From Dehalococcoidia bacterium (GTDB lineage Bacteria; Chloroflexota; Dehalococcoidia; DSTF01; JACRBR01), in contig JBGQBE010000032.1 of assembly GCA_041494685.1 (NCBI GenBank), positions 1 to 35,096 of the forward strand: a DNA stretch of 35,096 nt, read 5' to 3'. The notes under the pieces are model-generated. The model saw nothing but the letters and a program-made list of their open reading frames with translations. It was not told the DNA's origin and ran no database searches. Of this stretch, positions 28,178 to 35,096 are shown in pieces. The translations under genes were made by a program, and so were the position numbers. Each line of letters begins with the position of its first letter. The stretch's first letter is position 1.

Positions 28178-29026
28178 TCAGTCCCAGAAATCCAGCGTCG
28201 TGCGCATCGTCCGCTCGAAGTCCTCGTCCGGGAGTTGCTTCAGCAGCCCGCCCAGCATCTCCGCGTCCGCGCCGACGAGGTAGCGGCGCTTCGGCTGCTC
28301 CGCGTGCGCCGCGTCGGCGATCACGCCCGCGACGACGCGCGCGTCCTGCCGGCCGCCGTTCAGGCCGGCGACGGGGATGCGATCGAGCGCCTCCGCAAAG
28401 CGCGCGTCGAGCGACGCGTACGGCGAGTCCGCGCCGGAGCGGCGCTGGTGCAGCACGTTGCCGCTGAACTCCGTCTCGAACGCGCCGGGCTCGACGAGCA
28501 CCACGCGCACGCCGAACGGGTGCAGCTCGTAGTGCAGCGCGTCGCTCAGGGCCTCGACGGCGTGCTTGCTAGCGGCGTAGATGCCGCCGAACGGAGGCGA
28601 CAGCTTGCCCGCGAGCGAGCCGACGTTCACGACGGTGCCGCCGCCCTGCACCCGCATCTGCGGCAGTACGGCGCGCGTCACGCGGATCAGCCCGAAGACG
28701 TTCGTCTCGAAGATCCGCGCCACCTCGTCGTCGTCGGCGTCCTCGACCGCGCCGTGGATGCCCGCGCCGGCGTTGTTCACCAGCACGTCGATGCGCCCGG
28801 CGCGGCGGATCACGTCCGCCACCGCCGCATCGACCGACGCGCGGTCTGTCACGTCCAGCGCGACGACCTCGACCGCGACGCCAGCCGTCTTCGCGTCGTC
28901 CAGCAACGAGCCGGCCTTCGCCAGGTCGCGCATCGACGCGAACACGGTGTCGCCCCGCCGCGCGAGTTCGATCGCCGCGAGCTTGCCGAAGCCGCTGCTA
29001 CAGCCGGTGATCAGTACGACGGACAT
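28178..29026 (-). CDS. Short-chain dehydrogenase/reductase
   Basis: TGCSSGFG, NNAG, YAASK; SD AGGAG before ATG 29026. Confidence 0.92.
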   Translation of the reverse strand: MSVVLITGCSSGFGKLAAIELARRGDTVFASMRDLAKAGSLLDDAKTAGVAVEVVALDVTDRASVDAAVADVIRRAGRIDVLVNNAGAGIHGAVEDADDDEVARIFETNVFGLIRVTRAVLPQMRVQGGGTVVNVGSLAGKLSPPFGGIYAASKHAVEALSDALHYELHPFGVRVVLVEPGAFETEFSGNVLHQRRSGADSPYASLDARFAEALDRIPVAGLNGGRQDARVVAGVIADAAHAEQPKRRYLVGADAEMLGGLLKQLPDEDFERTMRTTLDFWD

Positions 29027-29058
29027 GTGTGCTCCTGTCGGGCCGCGCGCGGCAGCCG

Positions 29059-29733
29059 CTACGCCTGCGGGTGATGCTCGCGGAGCTGCTTCAGCGCGTC
29101 GTCGGAGATGTGGACGCGCACGATGTCGGCGACGACCTCGGCGACGAAGCGCAGCGGCAGCTCGACGTCCTTCGTGAAGACGTGGCCGCGCCGCACGACG
29201 ATCGCCTGCACTTTGCCGGTACCCTCTTCCACGACCAGCCCGTCCACCTCGCCGATCTTCTGGTGCGGGTTCATCCGCCACACGGGCGAGTCCTTCTTGA
29301 TGTCCACTTCGTCGGGCGATTTCGCCATCGTCTGGAGCATGAAGTACGGGCCAGGCTCGCCGGGGATCGACGCGGCGAGGCGGCGCAGGTCCGAAGGGTC
29401 GGGCCAGCCCTTCTTCTCGTCGGGAATCGGCTCGAAGTACTCCTGGATGTAGTCGACCGACAGGTCGCGGAACTCCTCGGCGGTCATCGTGAGCGTCACG
29501 GCGTCCGGCGAGACGTCGTCGACGACGCCCAGCGGCACCACGCGGTCGTGAGAGAGCGCCCAGCCGCCGCCGAGCAGCGACTCGCCGCTGCGCAGCAGCC
29601 CGGTGTCCACGACGACATGGGTCAGCGTCGTCAGGTCCTTCGTCAGTACGAAGCGGCTCAATCTGCCGAGCTTGTGACCGTCCCGGCTGCTCACGCTGGC
29701 GCCGGGGCGGAGATCTTCGAGCTTCATGGGCAT
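29059..29733 (-). CDS. Tandem PRC-barrel domain protein (start could be 29778)
   Basis: GASVSSRDGHKLG...LTHVVVDTG and KIGEVDGLVVE...IVVRRG repeats. Confidence 0.75.
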   Translation of the reverse strand: MPMKLEDLRPGASVSSRDGHKLGRLSRFVLTKDLTTLTHVVVDTGLLRSGESLLGGGWALSHDRVVPLGVVDDVSPDAVTLTMTAEEFRDLSVDYIQEYFEPIPDEKKGWPDPSDLRRLAASIPGEPGPYFMLQTMAKSPDEVDIKKDSPVWRMNPHQKIGEVDGLVVEEGTGKVQAIVVRRGHVFTKDVELPLRFVAEVVADIVRVHISDDALKQLREHHPQA

Positions 29734-29920
29734 CTGCTTTCCGGGATGGCGAACCTGCGGGGCGCCACGCTGGCGCATCTCCATGCTACCGGATTGGCCC
29801 CGCCGGGCCAGCGCGGCCGACCGTCCGTATTGTGCGCGAATCTTAATACTGCTCGCGGACACGGCGCGAAGGCGCCGTTGTATACTCGGCATGGCCCGAT
29901 CCAGCAAGGAGGCTTGCGAT

Positions 29921-30136
29921 ATGGACCGACTCGCCGAGCTCTCGGCCGAACTCAGCACCGTCCTGGCACTGCTGCGGGAAGAGGCCGTCGCACGCGACCT
30001 CACGCGACTCGCCGCGCCGCTCGCCTGGCTGGACGAGGCGAACGGCTGGCTCCGGTACGAGATGGAGCACGCCTGCAGCGCCGTCCCCCGAGACGGCGTG
30101 CCGTTCACCTACATCCCGGTGGATCTCCGGAAGTAG
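29921..30136 (+). CDS. Small hypothetical protein (71 aa)
   Basis: SD AAGGAGG, TATACT at 29881, helical MDRLAELSAEL... sequence. Confidence 0.7.
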   Translation: MDRLAELSAELSTVLALLREEAVARDLTRLAAPLAWLDEANGWLRYEMEHACSAVPRDGVPFTYIPVDLRK

Positions 30137-30249
30137 TCGCGGCGCACACCCGTAGGCGAATCCCTGATCCCTGCGCGAGCGATCGCCCGTGCGCGCCCAC
30201 GACTCTCTCTCGCCGCGGCCGGGCTGCCGATACCTAGGCGAGGTTACAC

Positions 30250-31872
30250 GTGCAGCTCCCGGACCGGATCTCTCGCCCAGCGGGCAAGCCGCAGCTTCAG
30301 GTCGTGCCGCCGTCCGCACCGGAGCCGGCGTCCGACCTCTCGCCGCTCGCCCACGCCACGCTGCTCGCGGGCGTCCTGGCGATCGCGTCTCTGATCCGGC
30401 TGGGGTTCATGCTTTCCGGCGACTTCCCGCTGAACGACGGCGGCATGTTCTTCCAGATGGTGCGCGACCTGCAGGCCCACCATTACGCGCTTCCCCAGAC
30501 CACCACCTACAACGCGGCGGGCATCCCGTTCTCGTATCCGCCGCTGGGCTTCTACGCGACGGCTCTGGTGAATGACACCCTGCCCGTGAGCCTCCTTACA
30601 GCGTTCCGCGTCGTCCCGTTCGCCGCCACGATGCTCGTGCTCTGCGCCTTCATGCTCTTCGCCCGGTCATGGTGCGCGACACGTCTTGAGGCGCTAGTCG
30701 CCATGTTCGCGTTCGCGCTGCTCCCGAGGACGTACCTGTGGCTGCTGATGGGCGGCGGCATCACCCGCGCCTTCGGGTTGTTCTTCGCGATCCTCGCCCT
30801 GTATTTCATCCGGCTGCTGTACCTCCGGCAGCGGCTCATCTTCGCAGCGCCGGCCGGCGTCTTCGCCGCACTGACGGTCCTCAGCCACCTGGAGATGGCC
30901 TGGTGCGTGGTATTTACCGCGGCGCTGTTCTTCGCGGCGTTCGGCAGACACCGGGCCGGCCTGGTCGGTTCCGTGCTGATCGCGGTCGCCACGGTCGTGC
31001 TTACCGCGCCGTGGTGGGGGACGGTCCTCGCCTACCACGGCCCGGCGCCGCTGCTCAACGCGGGCCACGCGAGCGGACCGCTGGTGCTCGATCGCGTCGT
31101 CGCCCTGCTCTACCTGAAGTTCACCGGCGAAGCGCTGTTCCCGGTCCTCGCGTCGCTGGCGCTCCTCGGATGCGTCGCGTCCATCGCGCGGCGGCAGTAC
31201 CTGTTGCCGGTCTGGCTCGCTCTCACGCTCACATTGGACCTGCGCGCACTCGGCACGTTCTCGACGCTGCCGTTCGCGCTGCTCATCTCGCACGCCGTCG
31301 TCGGTACGCTCGTGCCGGCCGTCAGGGGCGTCGCCCGGGCGCCGCGCGCTCTCGTCCCCGCCGTTAGCATCATCGTGGGTTGTTATGCGTTCATCGCCGC
31401 GATGGTCGCCGCGCCTCACCTGCTGCGCGCCATGACACCCGCCGAGCAGTCCGCGATGGCGTGGGTCGCCGGCAACACCGCACCGCAGAGCCGGGTACTG
31501 GTCGTGGCCAACGAGGCGTGGGCGGCCGACAAGACCTCCGAATGGCTGCCGGCCCTGACGCAACGGGTCAGCGTCGCCACGCCGCAGGGCGCGGAGTGGC
31601 TGCCCGGCAACGTGTTTACGGATCGCGTGGAGGCCTACCGCGCGCTGCAGAAGTGCGCGAACGGGACCGGCGACTGCCTGGAGACGTGGGAGCGCAAGTT
31701 CTCCCTGCCCTTCGACTACGTCTACATTCCGAAAACCAGCTCAAGCCTCGACGCGATGCCCGTAGACGAGCACGAGTGCTGCGCCGGTCTGCGCGCGGCC
31801 CTGCGCTCCGACCCGCGCTATCAGGTCGTGTTCGATGGTGACGGCGCGACGATCTACCGCCGCGCCTCGTAG
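30250..31872 (+). CDS. ArnT/PMT-like GT-C membrane glycosyltransferase
   Basis: FPLNDGGMF, YPPLGF, many TM segments, C-terminal soluble domain (AMAWV..NT...EWLPALT.R...QGAEW). Confidence 0.75.
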   Translation: MQLPDRISRPAGKPQLQVVPPSAPEPASDLSPLAHATLLAGVLAIASLIRLGFMLSGDFPLNDGGMFFQMVRDLQAHHYALPQTTTYNAAGIPFSYPPLGFYATALVNDTLPVSLLTAFRVVPFAATMLVLCAFMLFARSWCATRLEALVAMFAFALLPRTYLWLLMGGGITRAFGLFFAILALYFIRLLYLRQRLIFAAPAGVFAALTVLSHLEMAWCVVFTAALFFAAFGRHRAGLVGSVLIAVATVVLTAPWWGTVLAYHGPAPLLNAGHASGPLVLDRVVALLYLKFTGEALFPVLASLALLGCVASIARRQYLLPVWLALTLTLDLRALGTFSTLPFALLISHAVVGTLVPAVRGVARAPRALVPAVSIIVGCYAFIAAMVAAPHLLRAMTPAEQSAMAWVAGNTAPQSRVLVVANEAWAADKTSEWLPALTQRVSVATPQGAEWLPGNVFTDRVEAYRALQKCANGTGDCLETWERKFSLPFDYVYIPKTSSSLDAMPVDEHECCAGLRAALRSDPRYQVVFDGDGATIYRRAS

Positions 31873-31875
31873 CCG

Positions 31876-33207
31876 CTACAGGCCGCAGTCCGACAGTCGC
31901 GCGCCGTCCTGCCGTGCCCCGCGCACGTCCCACGCGTCGAACCGCCCCTTCGGGTCGTGATAGATGATGCGCGCGCGACCCTGCGACTGGAACTCGCGCA
32001 GCCGCACGTCTTCGTTCTGGTTGAACTTCAGCGGGTAGTCCTTCTCCAGCAGCACCACGTCGATGCGCTTGACGCCGAGGAAGCAGGCGTACTGCTGCGG
32101 GGAGTTCCACCAGCGCCGGAACTGGCTCTGGTCGAAGAACTCCTGGCCCAGCACCGCACCGCCGCGCATGAACTGGTACGCGCCGTCCTCGCGGTCGTTC
32201 GGTTCCAGAACGCGGTACACGAGCGCGCGGTCGAACGCGGGCGACTTCAGGTACGTCGCGTAGAAGGTGTGCGTGTTGCGGTCGATGCCGAACGTGTTGA
32301 CTTTCTTCGCTTCGACGCGCGTGGCGAAGGTCAGCGCCATCGCGACGAACACGGGGAGGTACATCGCCCGTAGCGCCGGCGCGAACGCCGAAACGAGCAG
32401 CGGCATGACGACCACCAGGCCGCGGTAGCGCGCCATGAAGCGCAGCGTGCCCCAGAGATCGTGCCGCTGCGTCTCCGCCACCGACGGCGCCGTGCGGATG
32501 TACAGCGCGAACGGCAGCACCACCAGCGCCGTCACGGCCATGGCCGCGGCCAGCGGGACGATATCGCGCGGGCGCCGCACCAGCGCGTACAGCGCGTAGG
32601 CGGCCACCGCCGGGGCGCCGGCGAACGGGTGCGTCGTGATCGCCAGCACGGCCAGCGCGGCGGCGAGCGGCCAGCGCTGATTATCAACCGCTTCGATGAA
32701 CAGGAAGAAGAACACACACGCCCAGAAGAACGCCATCTGGAACGAGACCAGGCCCTCGATCAGGTAGGTGTTGATGTAGATGAGCGACAGCAGGCGCGGA
32801 TCGCGCAGCGCCGGCCGGGCGCGGGTCGCGGCATAGCCGTAGGACGCGACCGACGCGACCATCATGAACGTCACCGCCCGGTCGCCGACGATCGCAAACG
32901 GGATCGCCGTCACGAGCCACGGCGCGATGGCGTATGGAAACGTCAGCGCGCGCCCCGCTTCGAGCCCGGTCACGTGCAGTGGCAGCCGTGCGTGGTGGAA
33001 GATCTGGTCGGAGATGTACCAGACGTGGGCGTAGTCGTTCGCCGAGTCGGAGCCGAGGAAGAACGTCTTCGAGAGCATGACGGCGCAGAGCACCGCCACG
33101 CCCGCCAGCGACAGCGCTGCGACGGCGTACTGTAGCCGGACGTGCCACTTCGCAACGGCCTGCCCGATGTCTTCGGCGCTCCGCGGGATGGTCAGCTCGC
33201 CAAGCAT
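31876..33207 (-). CDS. Polytopic membrane protein, GT-C-like
   Basis: First loop GSDSANDY, FPY..APW, multiple TM segments, soluble C-terminus. Confidence 0.65.
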   Translation of the reverse strand: MLGELTIPRSAEDIGQAVAKWHVRLQYAVAALSLAGVAVLCAVMLSKTFFLGSDSANDYAHVWYISDQIFHHARLPLHVTGLEAGRALTFPYAIAPWLVTAIPFAIVGDRAVTFMMVASVASYGYAATRARPALRDPRLLSLIYINTYLIEGLVSFQMAFFWACVFFFLFIEAVDNQRWPLAAALAVLAITTHPFAGAPAVAAYALYALVRRPRDIVPLAAAMAVTALVVLPFALYIRTAPSVAETQRHDLWGTLRFMARYRGLVVVMPLLVSAFAPALRAMYLPVFVAMALTFATRVEAKKVNTFGIDRNTHTFYATYLKSPAFDRALVYRVLEPNDREDGAYQFMRGGAVLGQEFFDQSQFRRWWNSPQQYACFLGVKRIDVVLLEKDYPLKFNQNEDVRLREFQSQGRARIIYHDPKGRFDAWDVRGARQDGARLSDCGL

Positions 33208-33953
33208 GAACCCGCCCCGGTCTCGCCTTGCCGCTCCGGCAGCCCCGTCAGCTCCGGCACCGTCACCAACTCGTATCCCTGCTGCCGCAACGCCTCGATG
33301 ATGCGCGGGAGCGCCTGCACCGTCGCGTGGCGGTCGGGGTTGCCGCCGCCGAGTCCGCCGGCGTGCATCAGCACGATCGCGCCGGGGTGCGCACGCTTCA
33401 GCACGTTCGCCACGATGGCATCCGGCGTCGCATCGCTGCGCCAGTCACCGGAATCGACGTCCCACCCGATCGAGACGTAGCCGGCGTGCCGCAGCGCCCG
33501 CAACATCGTGCGGCTCGTGTGCCCGTACGGCGCGCGGTACAACGCCGGGCGGAAGCCGAGGAGCGGCGTCAGCACATCCTCCGCGCGTCGCAGGTCCGCG
33601 GCGAAACGGGCACGCGGCATCGTCGGCAGGCTCTTGCTGTGGCTGAACGAATGCGACCCCACGGCCATGCCGCCCGCGATCTCCCGCCGCACGTCGACCG
33701 GGTCCGCCGCGGCCGCCTCGCCTTCGTCGAAGAACGTCGCGCGCGCGCCGCCCGCGCTCAGCGCGTCGAGCAGTTGCGGCGTGTACGGCGGGTTGGGGCC
33801 ATCATCAAACGTCAGCGCGATGCGGCGTGCGTGGCGGCAGCCGGCGCTGACGTGCTGCGCCTGCGCGCCGGAGGCGCCGCACGCGCTCGCCCCGGCCAGG
33901 GCTACTGCGAGCAGCAGGAGTGGAAGCAGCCGGCGGCGGTCAGTCATCCCCAT
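33192..33953 (-). CDS. Polysaccharide deacetylase (CE4/NodB), possible lipoprotein
   Basis: TFDDGP, HSFSH, RAPYG, DSGDW, LMH; leader ending ASA-C. Confidence 0.92.
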   Translation of the reverse strand: MGMTDRRRLLPLLLLAVALAGASACGASGAQAQHVSAGCRHARRIALTFDDGPNPPYTPQLLDALSAGGARATFFDEGEAAAADPVDVRREIAGGMAVGSHSFSHSKSLPTMPRARFAADLRRAEDVLTPLLGFRPALYRAPYGHTSRTMLRALRHAGYVSIGWDVDSGDWRSDATPDAIVANVLKRAHPGAIVLMHAGGLGGGNPDRHATVQALPRIIEALRQQGYELVTVPELTGLPERQGETGAGSCLAS

Positions 33954-33998
33954 AGTGCGGCCGCAGTATCGCGGAGCCGGGAAGCTGGTTCAATCAGT

Positions 33999-34847
33999 TC
34001 AGGCAGCCTGCGTCGAAGAATTCTTGACGTCGAGCGTGGCCGCCAGATGCCGGCGTTCGGAGCGCGAGCCCATCAGGTACACCACCGAGGCCGCCCCGAT
34101 CAGCAGCGCCTCGGCTGCGCTCAACGCCCCCAGCACGATCGTCATGTCGCGCCAGAACCCCTGGGGGAACATCTGCACGAGGTGGTCGCGCGCGGGATCC
34201 AGCTGCCAGAAATCGTTCGTGAACAACACCTCATGGAAGCGATTGAACGCGGCCTCGAAGCCGAATGCCGCGAAGATCGCCACGCCGCCGACAAACAGGG
34301 TCCCGAGGCCCAACCCCGCCAGGCACTGCGCCGCGAGCTGTCGCACGTTCCCGTCGCGCGCCCAGATGAAGAACGCCACGACGTACAGCAGCACGTAGAC
34401 GACGCTGATCTCCTGCGCCCGGTCCACCTGCACGAACAACCGCTTCACGTCCTCCATGTGGCGGGTTTCGCGCGCGTTGAACACGGGGACCTGCAGCCCA
34501 CCGTCGGTGACCGGGTGGAAGAGCGTCTTCTCGTCGTTGTTGAAGTAGGCGCGCAGCGCGCTCGCCGTACTGTCGAGGTCGGCGCGCGAGAGGCCCGTCA
34601 CGTCCTCGGCGTTGTACCGGTCGAACGAGTAGCTGTAGACGAACGGGGCGTTCGCCAGCAGGCGGATGTTCGTGGTGACAAGGGCGATGGGGAGCGCGAG
34701 GACGAACACGATCGTGGCGAGCATGCGGGCGAAGCCCATGTGGGTCTCCCTCTGCCGCCCCGCCGCCGCGACATCGCTATTCTCTGCGCCTTGCTGCGCG
34801 TTGTCAAGCAGCGCCGCGTCGCGGGCCGCCGATGCCTCGCCGTCCAT
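33999..34847 (-). CDS. TIGR01906/DUF1461-like membrane protein
   Basis: FNARETRHMEDVKRL, F..FHEVLFTNDFWQLDP..D.LVQMFPQGFW. TACCCT lies 7 nt before ATG 34847. Confidence 0.82.
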   Translation of the reverse strand: MDGEASAARDAALLDNAQQGAENSDVAAAGRQRETHMGFARMLATIVFVLALPIALVTTNIRLLANAPFVYSYSFDRYNAEDVTGLSRADLDSTASALRAYFNNDEKTLFHPVTDGGLQVPVFNARETRHMEDVKRLFVQVDRAQEISVVYVLLYVVAFFIWARDGNVRQLAAQCLAGLGLGTLFVGGVAIFAAFGFEAAFNRFHEVLFTNDFWQLDPARDHLVQMFPQGFWRDMTIVLGALSAAEALLIGAASVVYLMGSRSERRHLAATLDVKNSSTQAA

Positions 34848-34944
34848 GCCCGCAAGGGTACCGCCGACGCGCCCCTCGCCGCACCCGCGCCGTCAAGATC
34901 GGCCCGCGCTTCCGCCGCCGCCGGGCGATGGCGATAATGCCCGC

Positions 34945-35096
34945 GTGGCCGCTACTCGTTCGCTCACGATCGTCGGGCTTGGCCCGGGCGACGCCGCGCT
35001 GCTCACCGTCCAGGCGCGCGACGTGCTGGCGGCCGCCCCCGAGGTCTGGCTCCGCACGGCGCGCCACCCCACCGTCGCCGGCCTGCCCGCCGGCCC
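34945..35096 (+). CDS. mazG: 5' part of a YabN-type tetrapyrrole-methylase/MazG protein (truncated by the window)
   Basis: Hand translation: MAATRSLTIVGLGPGDAALLTVQARDVLAAAPEVWLRTARHPTV. GATAAT lies 6 nt before the GTG. Confidence 0.72.
   Translation, partial: MAATRSLTIVGLGPGDAALLTVQARDVLAAAPEVWLRTARHPTVAGLPAG

Noticed and set aside
30148..30165. CCCGTAGGCGAATCC resembling c-di-AMP riboswitch fragments
   Set aside because: The fragments are in the wrong order and the rest of the aptamer is missing.

Overview
High-GC bacterial chromosomal window, probably Chloroflexota/Dehalococcoidia-like (inferred from gene content, not verified). I see no CRISPR array, rRNA, tRNA or transposase. 1-9125 (minus) is a complex I-like operon, nuoA-C-D-H-J-K-[DUF2007-like]-L-M-N. 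It lacks nuoEFG and also both Fe-S subunits, nuoB and nuoI, with seamless junctions where they should sit. It also has an extended NuoH, an apparent CTG start for nuoM, mini-ORFs bridging two junctions and a Rex-like operator. The rest of the window, in order: three small hypothetical genes, DUF5317, a 7Fe ferredoxin with a SufR-like box, BCP, citramalate synthase, a KimA-type K+ transporter with a candidate leader peptide, a pseudopilin-like anchored protein, a Mo-oxidoreductase, fused AhbAB, a CDP-alcohol phosphotransferase/GT-C/methyltransferase operon, an MA-clan peptidase, prfB with its +1 frameshift, an endonuclease V fused to a pyrophosphatase-like domain, a doubly frameshifted LLM gene, folP, an SDR, a PRC-barrel protein, surface-glycan genes and the start of a YabN/MazG gene. 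Many genes look leaderless. All family calls come from motif recognition by eye; no database searches were run.
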